Of a stretch of DNA of 64,000 nt, positions 27,590-38,899 are shown one piece after another. The position numbers were made by a program, and so were the translations under genes. Each line of letters begins with the position of its first letter. Position 1 is the first letter of the stretch. Location: NCBI GenBank assembly GCA_011109175.1, contig RDEW01000064.1:145270-209269 (forward strand), given 5' to 3'. This DNA is from Dicyema japonicum. Its lineage: Eukaryota > Animalia > Dicyemida. Below the pieces are notes generated by a model that did not search any database, had not been told where the DNA came from, and worked only from the letters and a program-made list of their open reading frames with translations.

Positions 27590-27800
27590 ATGTTCAGTCT
27601 TGTCCTTCTCTCAGTTTTATCAGTCTCGACTATTCTCGCAGAGAAATGTTGTGTTTGAGATGAATTTGGACTGTTTTAACGAAAAGTGCTACGCTTTCAT
27701 AAAACAGTGCCAAAACTATAAAAACGGTAAAAAAATTTGTAGGAAAATGGGGGGAGATTTGGCCAACGTCAACAGCAAGGAGACTCAAAAGTACATTTTT
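27590..27800 (+). repeat. Duplicate of the lectin 5' region (ends at a single n)
   Basis: Near-identical to 27831-28040; junction marked by n at 27801. Confidence 0.8.
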
Positions 27801-27830
27801 NATATATTTGTGGAAAGGACAAGAAGACTA

Positions 27831-28350
27831 ATGTTCAGTCTTGTCCTTCTCTCAGTTTTATCAGTCTCGACTATTCTCGCAGAGAAATGTTGTGTTTGAG
27901 ATGAATTTAGACTGTTTTAACGAAAAGTGCTACGCTTTCATAAAACAGTGCCAAAACTATAAAAACGGTAAAAAAATTTGTAGGAAAATGGGGGGAGATT
28001 TGGCCAACGTCAACAGCAAGGAGACTCAAAAGTACATTTTTGGTGAGCTGAGTGATTTTTATTGTGTAGAGACAATTTTGAAGAAGTATAAGAAGTCATT
28101 TTACATTGGGGTTAACGATATCGCTGAGGAAGGGAAATTCGTTGTTTCTTTGGGAGACGATCTAGTAAATCGATAGATAACATAGAAATCCTCCAATTGG
28201 ATAAAAAGAGAGCCAAACAATTATGGGAATGAAGACTGTACCGTCATTACTAATCATTGTGGACGCTGGAATGATATAAGTTGCGGCAGAAAACGACCCA
28301 TTCTCAGTGAAATTAATGATATTCTTCTTGGCGGTACAATTTGGCATTAA
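27831..28350 (+). pseudogene. Secreted C-type lectin pseudogene (EPN type)
   Basis: Signal peptide MFSLVLLSVLSVSTILA; KCYAF..C..GGDLA..YIGVND..EGKF..NW..EPNN..EDC..RWND..C; introns of 27 and 22 nt; frameshifts and TGG>TAA at 28166. Confidence 0.8.
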
Positions 28351-28689
28351 ATAGAATCAAACCACCGTAGTTGTTAAAATAGAGTCGGCAATTACTAATT
28401 CTCTAATACATTGATTTCCGTCGTCTCTAACATTTCTCATATTATATTACAAGTCCCAACATTTATTCCTTAGTTTTCAATGTAGCGTAGTAGTTGTATG
28501 GAAAGATAAGTTAGGGCAGTTCATGAGGGAATTGAAGACAAGGAGTCTTGTCTTGGTGGCTTGGACTCTCCGTTAGTATCCCATTCCAACCGCTACTATA
28601 TCTCCGTCATTGAAATACACGCAGGCATATTCTTTTTTTTTCAAAAAAATTATGTTCCCTTTGACGGCCAATTCGTTTTTTTTATTATT

Positions 28690-29085
28690 TATTTATTATT
28701 AACCCCGGATACACCGAGAAAGAAGTTAAAGTAAACAACTAATTGAGTGTATCCAGTTTCCACTTCTACGGAGTCCATCCGGAATCAACATAAAGAGTAA
28801 AAGACGTCCATAGTATTTATTTATTATTAACCCCGGATACACCGAGAAATAAGTTTAAGTAAATAACTAATTAAGTGTATCCAGTTTCCACTTTTACAGA
28901 GTCTATCTGGAATCAACATAAAGGGTAAAAGACGTCCATAGTTGTAGTTGTGGAAACCACTCCAGTGGAGTAGGGGAGAGCAGATGATCCTTTTTCGTGC
29001 CGGCCTAGTACTGGGCTCCACCCAGACAGGTGGATCACATGATGCCACTCTAATAAGAAGAGAGAAAAGGAACATACGAACAAAC
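28690..29085 (-). repeat. Dispersed repeat family B with duplicated 3' end and taa-rich tail
   Basis: The 3' end ttctcggtgtatccggggttaataataaa occurs twice here and again at 51915-51960. Confidence 0.55.
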
Positions 29086-29132
29086 AGAAACTTCAACCAA
29101 TTAGCATAGCTCGATATGAGAAAATTTATTTA

Positions 29133-30233
29133 CAGGGTTTTCCGATTTATTTAATAACTTTGTCATAAAATTTAATAACTTTGTCAAAAAATTTAATAAC
29201 TTTGTCATAAAATTTAATAATTTTGTCAAAATATTTAATAACTTTGTCAAAATGTTTAATAATTTGTCAAAATATTTAATAACTTTGTCAAAATGTTTAA
29301 TAACTTTGTCAAAATACTTAATAACTTTGTAAAGGGTCAAATTAAAAGAAACCAATTTTATAATTAATTGAAAAAAACAACTATAAATTAAAATTCTTCA
29401 TTAGCCAATGCTTTAACTAAATTGATCCGCATATGGCTGTACAAATTATTGCACACATCTGATGAAATTTCTCCGATGTTTTGGATTGCGTTTATTAATT
29501 CATCGAGTTCCTACAATTTTTCTTTTTCTATTGGATTAAGTTGAAAAAAAACTCTTCAATTGGATTAAGTTGAGGAGTATAAGGAGGCAAAAAATACAAT
29601 TCATACCCTGTATACGTTAAAAATCAATTGGATACCAGTTCCGAATACAATGTAAAAGGCCGTCCACAGAAATAGCAGCACAAATAGAGAAATTTTTCTC
29701 TCTTATGTTTCTAGTACATTTTTTCGAAGTAACTCCTTTTATAGATCTTCCAAATTTGGATCTCATCAAACAATTGACTCCCATTTCGTCTATAAAAATA
29801 AGCCGTTGATTATCAACTTCAATTATTTTTCTGGCAGATTTTTATCTTTCTTCCATATTTATTGTAGAATTTCTCGCCATAGGTACAAATTGATTTTTTT
29901 AAACTATATCCAAATGTCTCTAGCGTCCTATTTATTGTCGATTGAGAGACATTTTTTATTTTCACATCAAATAAAGAATTTTGTAAATTCTTCAGCGTAA
30001 ATGAAGCATCTTCTTCAATTTTTATTAGCATCTTCTTAAAGTTATTAAGTATTTTGACAAAGTTATTAAACATTTTGACAAAGTTATTAAATATTTTGAC
30101 AAATTATTAAACATTTTGACAAAGTTATTAAACTTTATGACAAAGTTATTAAACTTTATGACAAAGTTATTAGATATTTTGACAAAGTTATTAAATTTTA
30201 TGACAAAGTTATTAAATAAATCGGAAAACCCTG
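29133..30233 (-). mobile_element. Tc1/IS630-type DNA transposon with about 200-bp TIRs built of 21-nt tandem units; TA TSD
   Basis: TA|CAGGGTTTTCCGATTTATTTAATAAC...GTTATTAAATAAATCGGAAAACCCTG|TA; the internal minus strand has an HTH (SQSTINRTL..GYSLKK) and YPIEEFFS (cf. YSPFLNPIE). Confidence 0.85.
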
Positions 30234-31061
30234 TATTTTATTTGAACTTTGAAATTTGATTTTAAAATTAAATATAAATAAATTTAAATCGAACATTTCG
30301 TTAGGTTAAGAAATATCAAATATAAATAGTTAACATTATTTTGATGGTAGGTTATCCTCATAACAATGGATGTACAATCCACGTGTTTGTTCGCGAAACA
30401 GTATATTGTATCCTTCAAAAATGTCGATCATATCATTCCAAATAACTTTTTCTTTAAATTCTGATTTATTTCAATGATAACAGAGATTGAAAATAAGTAA
30501 AAATCGTGAACCATAAACAAGTTACAAATAAGCTTTTGCGGTAAAGTGTTAGGGTATCTAGATTTTAGAGTTGCTAGAATGTTGCTTCCATAAAATAAAG
30601 TCAGCAGACGAATCTTCACACAACGAATTGAGAACAACGTTTTATAATACAGATTAGTAAAGATCACGTATTCAATAAATTCTTTAACGGAAAAGGATAT
30701 CCAGGTCGACGAAAATCTCTTCCAGAAAGTTGTTAGTTTTGTGGAAGATACAGAAATCAAATACATTTGATTGTGGGAAACATTTTGGCTTTTCCAGTCT
30801 CAGTGGGATTAACCAATTAATCGATATCCCACAGGATCGACGACCAATTAAAAGGAGTGTGCTTTATTTGGCTAACAGATGAGATGCAATCATCCGAAAC
30901 CAAGATGAAACAGAAAGACCACTATAAAATCATATGTGAAGATATATTTGAATTAAAGGAGGAGGAGAAAGAATTGACGCTTCCCCAATTGGGAACATTG
31001 CACGCATCTTTATGATGATGCGGTCCGCATCGGTATCTCTATCCGTTTGGGGTAATCGACA

Positions 31062-31560
31062 CTAACGCGCCTGTCTGATCGCATCACCCCCGTCATGCAG
31101 AAGAATTTTTAGGAGATTCCCGCAGCATAGTACCTTGAATGATGCTGTGAAACACACACTGGAATCTGTCGGAGACCCTTCCATATTGGTACCCATTGAC
31201 CTTGACAAAGGAGGCGGAAAGCGAATATATAGAGGAACAATCTTTCCGTTCGAAAAGGGGAAACCGTTAGTTTTAGAACCCACATGTTTTGACTCTTTGT
31301 CCCCCAACATCACCGGGAGTGCGACAAAAGCAGAAATCGGAGAGAGCAGAAGAAAATAAGTACAGATGACCCCTCGACCGATAAAACTCCCGCGCAATTG
31401 CTGTAGAGACAACCGGAGCGATAAGCAATAAGTCCCTAGTCTTCCACAAAAAAACTCGGATGTATTGTTTCGCTTTGAAACCATGATGACTACGAAACAC
31501 GGTCTTTTTAGCGGTCTTCCGTCTGAAGGGCTTTGATCTGCCTTCATACGCCAAATCTGT
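31062..31560 (-). mobile_element. CRE-like RLE fragment (part of left arm of inverted duplication)
   Basis: Homologous to 58430-58850, which continues into GKPLVWDVTCTD..RGNS. Confidence 0.6.
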
Positions 31561-32289
31561 TTAGTAATGACTGGTCTACGAGAGATTCCAGAGAGAAGTC
31601 CAGACGCATCAAGGATCAATGATATTTCATCTAACGTTAAACCTCACAAAATCTGTATTAATAAAAATTCATTCATTCAAAAAAGATAATAAATTAAGTA
31701 AAAGACAGCTTAGTGTTCGGGTCCCAGCATTCCACCATCTCTAAGCTTCTGTTTTCAGCATTGACTTTCCCATCTTTGACTTTTCGGTTGCACGAGAAAG
31801 TCGAGAAAATCTGAAGACAACGTGGACGAATATTTGGTAGTTATTACAATCCTTGCATTCTTCCACAAAAAAGCCCCCAAAATATGTAAGGCATGAATCA
31901 TCTCGTCTGAGTTTGTTTTCCTTCAAGTAAAACCAACTCTGATTTAATTCAGAAATAAACCTGGGCATCCCCCATTTCGTCGCAAATCCAAAAAGGAAAT
32001 ATTCAAATTGGATTCGTTAGCTGGTGGTTGATACTTAACTCAGTGTCGACGCTTCTTATTTATAAGATTTATTGGATTGATATTAAACTGTTCCGACCTC
32101 CTAACCCTCTTTGGGTTAAACTAGGATGGAAGTGCGTTATCCAGGTATCACTTTAAAGACTTGCAATTCAGCCTTTTCCTGAAGCCGATCCTATCGGGGA
32201 TATTTCCGTAATCCAAGGTCAACTGAATGAGTGAATTGACTATCTGTCGGAATGGATAAATATTAGAAACTTCCCTGGATCGACACTGA

Positions 32290-32800
32290 GTTCTTATATC
32301 CAACCAAAGTTAAGAAATCGAATTGACAAAAACTACGTCAAGAGAATTCCTATATAATGTGGGTACTTCTCAAGGGTACTCCCTCTCACCTTTGCTATCT
32401 GTCCTATACAGGAAACGGCGATAAGTGATCTTCCAAGATTTTATGAGGGTAGCATAGAAGCATCCACTTATGCTGACGACGTTGACTTCACATCGAAAGA
32501 TAGATCAGCCCTATTAATAAATAGCTCCAAATGAATTCAAAAAATGGTATCTAACATGAATGTTCACAAAACGAACAAAATATTTTTNTAATGTGGGTAC
32601 TTCTCAAGGGGACTCCCTCTCACCTTTGCTATCTGTCTTATACAGGAAACGGCGATAAGTGATCTACAAGATTTTATGAGGGTAGCATAGAAGCATCCAC
32701 TTATGCTGACGACGTTGACTTCACATCGAAAGATAGATCAGCCCTATTAATAAATAGCTCCAAATGAATTCAAAAAATGGTATCTAACATGAATGTTCAC
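32290..32800 (+). mobile_element. RTE RT core fragment (duplicated around n at 32588)
   Basis: VGTSQGDSLSP and YADDVDF motifs. Confidence 0.7.
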
Positions 32801-33759
32801 AAAACGAACAAAATATTTTTATGTATATTTTAGAATATATAATATTTTGTCACATGGGCAACATAAGCATCTGGGCAACCTGTTTTTTTTACGTGTTTCC
32901 ATTGTAACTAGAATATACTACATAACATGATTTTCTTGTAACTCTTATCAGAGCAACATTTAAATAATTCATTAATTTTAAATAAAAATTACTACAAATT
33001 GTATTTAGTTGTATTAGTTCATAACAGATTTGAAACGAAACAAAACATGTTTCAGAAAGAATGGAATCCTAATAGTCCATAAAGCTAGGAAAGCCACAAT
33101 TACAGGATTCTTTTTTTTTGATACAAGATGAACCCTGCCCAAGTAGGTCTTAGACCTATAACAAAACATGTTTCAGAAAGAATGGAATCCTAATAGTCCA
33201 TAAAGCTAGGAAAGCCACAATTACAGGATTCTTTTTTTTTGATACAAGATGAACCCTGCCCAAGTAGGTCTTAGACCTATCAAGGAGAATCAACTGCAAT
33301 ACTATATCGAAGTCACTCTATACCAAAATTGTCAAACAGTGTGCCAACTTCTAGTGTGCCGCCTGCCAAATACAAATTGAATAAATTTATATGCATTTTT
33401 TGACATAATTAATTTAAAAAGAAAAACAAATTAAAACAATTACTATAATTAAAATAATCATTTTTTAATAAAAAAAAATTTTATTATCAAATGAATAAAA
33501 ATTAAATTAAGGCATCTGAATGGCCATTCTATTTCCCCTAACAATAGCCAACGAGATACGTTCTCGACGATTTTTAATTATACATTAACTTCCTAAGTGG
33601 ACGACGGGGACGTGTTTTCCTGGGAGGTCTGAAATCAATCTCACGGCTCCTCCCAAACTGAGTTCCTCAAGGATCGCCAGGTTGGCAAAAATGAAAAGCT
33701 CTGCTCTATACATTATAATTGTTACGAGGACGAAAATATTGATGTTGCTGTATCCGCAG

Positions 33760-34310
33760 AGTGGTTGGCCATTGGAAACAATAGTCCGAGATCTGAGGAA
33801 TATTATTTTTCAAGACAGGAATCTGTTATTTGCAAATTCGATACATCATATGCCTGCTGGAACAGGATGCTGAACAGTAACAACATCAGAAGGCACAAAG
33901 AAAAGGTTAGGCTATTACATTTACACTTTAGCAGAATGTACGGCATCAAAATTCAAAGAAACTGAAGACTCTGGTATAAATACTATTTATTGGCTGGAGA
34001 ACTCAAACTACTGTAAGGTGCTCTTATCAAAGTCATCCATATTGTTTTAACGTGGGACGGTGGCATTTCGAAGTATTATAAATATTACGTATATTCAATC
34101 CGTCGTCCTCAAAAGACGTTAGAGAGTATGCTTGGTTGAGCATAAATAAGAAGTATCCACTATCGAGAACTTTGTCGCAGCAACCAATCACTTGGTGGAA
34201 CTAAATACTCAGTTGAGAACGGTGGCGAAAAGGAAACGGAAAATTATCAAGTATCAGCTCCTCCAAGATGAGACAGGTCCAGGTGGAAGAAGCGAGTAAT
34301 AATGATAATT
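33760..34310 (+). mobile_element. RTE-like LINE 3' end
   Basis: Continues the RT fragment and ends gaagaagcgagtaataatgataa; nearly identical to the reverse complement of 55785-56290. Confidence 0.55.
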
Positions 34311-35069
34311 TAATAGGCTCTTGCAATTTTATGACATTTTCGATAGGAATATCGTTATAAGTGAATACATGACTCATAGTGACACGTGATCGTAAATATA
34401 TTTTGTTTTTTTCAGTTTATACATTTTTTTAGTTTTTAATTCACGGAAATGACCGACATCAACCCAGGCGACGATTGAGAAATTACGGGAGAACATTTCG
34501 ATTGCTCGTCTCAAAATATCGTGCTTGGAATTCAATCTAGCTTACGTATCTGAAGATTTTCTCATCGTTTGAGAAAAATACAAGATGGTTTTCAATAAAG
34601 GCAAATTTTCTCATAAACATAAAATACACATTAGGCTTACGAAACCCACATCGTCTCTTAAAACCTCCTATATTATAGTATCCACTGACTAATAAGATGT
34701 CTTTGTTGTAGGCTCTGTCATTTGTCTAAATATTATAAACTTTTTACATCAATTTTCAACAACAATATACAAATAAGGATCAAAAAACTCAAAAACATTA
34801 TTTTTTTCTCAGACGTCGAATAAACATGATAATTTTATTCTATCAGCGATAAATGTGACATATTTATTAAAATAACTGTACCGTCCCTACGTGGAACTCA
34901 GCCATACTTGGCACTTCACAAGATCCAATCAAAATAAAAATTAGTTTTCTGGATAATTCAGAATTTTTTGAGTTGAATGGTGTAATTTTTAGTTAAAATC
35001 ATTAATATTTAAAAACATAAAGTACAAAAAAATCAGTCAATAAGAATAGAGTGTCATTTTAATGGAAAA

Positions 35070-36934
35070 ACATGCAACGTGCGTTCGATTCGGTGGCGTT
35101 AAAACTCTCTCGAGTTGTCAAAAATGTTGAAAGGAAAAATGGAGAATGGTCACTTGCGTTACCTGATGGTATGAATGTAACTCTTGCAATATCCGAGAGC
35201 GTTGTGGCAGATGACCCAAAAGAATGGGCGAGGCATGTAGTCCTGCAGGTACGTAGCAGGCTATCTCGAATGCCCTGGAATGGTTGGCATATGCTCGAAC
35301 AGCCGAGGAGCTCTACTCCATGGGGGTCTGCAGGTACGTAGCAGGCTATCTCGAATGCCCTGGAATGGTTGGCATATGCTCGAACAGCCGAGGAGCTCTA
35401 CTCCATGGGGGTCTATTCCAGGAAATTCTTTGAGAGTATAGGAATAGATTTGAATTATTCAAAGTTGCGACTAACACGCAAGTATGTAGCGAGTTAGTAA
35501 GAGTCCTAGAGGAACACGAAGGATATAAGTATCTGGGTGTTACCGAATCTCCAAAGTCCCTTATAATGTCTGAGACAAAGCGATAAATTACTAAAGGCAT
35601 CCGTAAAAGAGCAGCGTTATTGTGTAAGACGTCTCTACATGCAAGGAATTTGTACGTAGCATTAAATGAGTATTATGTCTTGCTGCTAAACTACTACATA
35701 GGTGTTGTGGAGTTGAACTTAAAGAGTATGATGAGATGGATGTTATGATTCGGGGAGTACTCAGAGAAAACCATGTCCATGTGCTGGCAGACAATAAGGA
35801 GAGACTATATTTACTCAGTGATAAATTCGGCCGTGGACTGTGTGGAGTAGTCCAACTAAGTGAGCGTATCTTAATCCGTATGCACGACACCCTGATAGCT
35901 GGGTCAAGTGTGTCTGCTAGGAAGCACGCCATAATAACGACCGAGAAAACACGGGCAATCCACCTAGGCACTATCAGACCTTTTTTGTCTGCTAAGTATG
36001 GTATTGATAATGGTGGGCTAGTAAATGTGAAGGCGTTGATCGAATTACAATATAATAATTTGATGAAAATGATCAACTTAAAAAACCTTCATAAGGTACT
36101 CTTCAGAGCATTGGACAATCCACATGTCGACTTTAAGTCGTCGACAATATGGCTAAAATACGGTGACAGCTCACCTCGATCGAAGGCGCTGTACACGTAT
36201 ATGCAAGACCGCAATATTTTTTGGGGTCGATCAACAAATACATGCCCCCACCGTAAGTCAAGGCACATGTCGGTTGATCATTTAGCCACTCGATGTGGAT
36301 CCATGCTCTGCCACGACTATGTGTGAATGCACAACGAGGTAATAAGGATTCTTCATCTTCTACTATGCAATAAGTATGGTATTCGCCAAACCAGAAAGTT
36401 GCGGATTCATAAGGTGCAATCTGTTGTAGAGAACACCAGGGTCCAAATTAAGGTAGACAGTGTTATCCGTACCTCGGTGCTACTCAAGCACAATAAACCG
36501 GACATTTTTGTACACGATAAGGTGTCTGGCCAAGTCCTTATCATAGAAGATTGCATCACGTCTCAAGACCGTTTGCAGACTGTGAAGTTGGAGAAAAAAG
36601 GAAGTATGACTTTCTTGCAAACGAGATGGGGCAGATGCTTGGTTGCAAGGTCCTCGTTATTCCTATAGTAATGACGTGGGAAGGAATTGAAACAAAGTAC
36701 CACAAGGGTTATCTGAAGCAGTTGGGGGTAGATAGGAAGCTCCAGGCCTATCAACAGTCCACTGTGTTAAAGCGGATTCTAGAGAGCCTGACAGTGGAGT
36801 ATAGGAGGCAGAGCCCTGAGATGCCATATGGGAAGAGGGTTCAATTGGACAAGGCGCTCTCGGAGATGTTTCAGCAACCAGAATCGAACCTGCCTGAGGA
36901 GGCTGGTGCACAGGCAGGCGAGGAAGGTTGTTGA
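35070..36934 (+). mobile_element. NeSL/Utopia-like RLE non-LTR retrotransposon, 3' half
   Basis: YKYLGV; KERLYL..GRGL; zinc-knuckle-like CPH..VDHLATRC; HNEV; KPDI; EKKRKYDFLANEMG..PIVMTWEG; frameshifts and stops. Confidence 0.85.
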
Positions 36935-37009
36935 TTATTAAATATATTAACTTTTTTATTGTTTGTTAAATAAAGTGGGTATACTAAATTAAATTAAAAA
37001 TTCAAATAG

Positions 37010-37680
37010 TCCAACAGCATGGATAAATTCATGAGTTGTTGTTAAAGAAAATTGGCTAATAGTGAAGGTTTTGATGTTAGCTCAAATAGTCAAAATAATT
37101 TGAATATAATCAATGCGACTCCAAAGATAAGAAAATATTGTCCAACCTACTTATTGTAGGATTCACACATATTATTGTTGATACTTTTGGAATACCCCTC
37201 TTTTTGCTTTGTTCAAAACATTTCAGATAGTATGAGGTCTACAAATTAAGAAGACATTTTGAAACGAGTCATTCAGAATATGTCCATAAGTAAAATAGAA
37301 AAATTCATAACCAAACGAAAACGTTAAAAAATTGCTCTGTCTCATCAATGCTTTGCTTCGTACAAAGTTTCTTACAGAATTGCAAAATTTAAAAAACCGC
37401 AGAATTTTGGATTAACTCTAGTTTGCCAACGATTATTGATATGGTTGAAGCTATGTTTTGGTTATGCAAACCAATTACGGTAACTATCACTTTCTGATAA
37501 CACAGTCGCTAGAAGAATTGATGACAAATCTGGAGATCAAAAACTTTGTGTTAAAATGAAAGAAATTATATCACTAACTTTTTTGTGTTAAAATTTGTTT
37601 ATGCTAAAAATAATATTTGTATTATATTGTGGAATATAAAGGAATACCTGTAAAAAAAGTTTGGAAACATGTCCTATAGT
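37010..37680 (+). mobile_element. hAT Buster/Charlie transposase fragment
   Basis: LRRHFETSHSEY; SYKVSYRIAKFKKP; IDMVEAMF; DNTVARRIDD. Confidence 0.7.
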
Positions 37681-37769
37681 GATGGCAGTTTAGATTCTTC
37701 GTATCGTTCTCTTTATATTCTCTTATTTTTAACAGCTCCCTCGAAAAGTTGCACGTTTTTTTATTTCAA

Positions 37770-38560
37770 TTATTTAAAATAGTTAATTAAAAAATCAGTA
37801 TTTAAAAAATCGTCCTTCAATGAGAAACACTGAATGAGCCAGCTCCTTTCTTTCCTATCATTTTTCTTCGTGATGACCGATCTGATTCTGTTTAGCAGGA
37901 CCAGTGACCTGTTTCTTATGATTCCTGTCGTTTCCATGGCTACTGGTTCTAAAATGAACTGTCCATCGAGACATACATATTTCCTTATCTGTAGGGTATC
38001 AGCCTTCTTCGAAGCAGAGCCTGGGTTAGTTGCTGTCACAACAAGGCTGGAGGTAGAGAGGCTATCCACACAGGTGGCATTCCAAGCAAAATATCTGCTG
38101 CTTTCTCACGAAAAGAGAGTAGTTACGTCTGATCTTTGGTTGGCTGAGGCGAGTCCGAGAGGCTATAATTCCAGGGATTTCCGGTTGGAATATTTTCCAA
38201 ATAAGTTTTTCCTGGGGACGGAGTCAAACGCTTTGTGAATATCCACGGAATAAAGTACCGTCTTCTGGGTGTGTTTGTGACTCACCTCAGGATAAAATCT
38301 GCCAGGGTGGTTAAATGGGTAGAAGTTGAGAGATCTGTTTTGAACCCGTGCTGAAATGACATATCTGGTAAAACATCCTAAATTTTTGAAAGGACTAGAT
38401 TTTCCAGTAGCTTTGAGATTGAACATAGGAGAGAGACAGGCCTGAATGACGCTTGATTGTCTTTCCATCTTCCAGGTATCAGAATTGGTCGTATATGAGC
38501 ACTTTTCCAAATAGTATAAAATTTTTGTTAACTGAACAGTCTTGTTAGGATGCAATGCCT
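37770..38560 (-). mobile_element. CRE-like element, internally deleted (RT piece plus RLE)
   Basis: VDIHKAFDSV; KADTLQIRKY..FILEPVAMETTGI..ERSWLIQ. Confidence 0.65.
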
Positions 38561-38899
38561 AGTGTTCCTAGATATTTCAGTAAAATAGTTGGAATTCTAT
38601 CAGGACCGCTAGTCTGTTTTAGAGCATTTTAGTCAACCGTAATGGCACATGTGAATAAAATATCCTGAATAGTTTGCGGATTTGTAGGTTTTATTAGTGA
38701 TGTTATTTTTATTATTTTGTTTTTGTTTTTTAAATTCAATAACTTTTTGCTAGTGATTGAGGATGCTTGCATTGCGTGTGTAATAATAAATGGGATTGAA
38801 TAATCGCTTCCTTAGAATAGTCAACACCCCAATGCAAACATAGATGCTTAGTGGAACATTTCATAATTTAAAAAATCACTAAATAAAAAATCTCCCTAA

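Larger units (their letters stand above)
31080..34310 (+). repeat. Left arm of composite inverted duplication (CRE fragment, LINE fragment, RTE RT and 3' end)
   Basis: Colinear reverse-complement match to 55785-58850 with arm-specific indels. Confidence 0.8.

Noticed and set aside
29149-30215. 21-nt tandem arrays as a CRISPR-like array
   Set aside because: There are no spacers; the units are contiguous and form the TIRs of a TA-flanked transposon in a eukaryotic genome.
35070-36934. Whole window as microsporidian or contaminant DNA
   Set aside because: Intron-dense POLR3B, an NCKAP1 homologue and a secreted C-type lectin are inconsistent with microsporidia.
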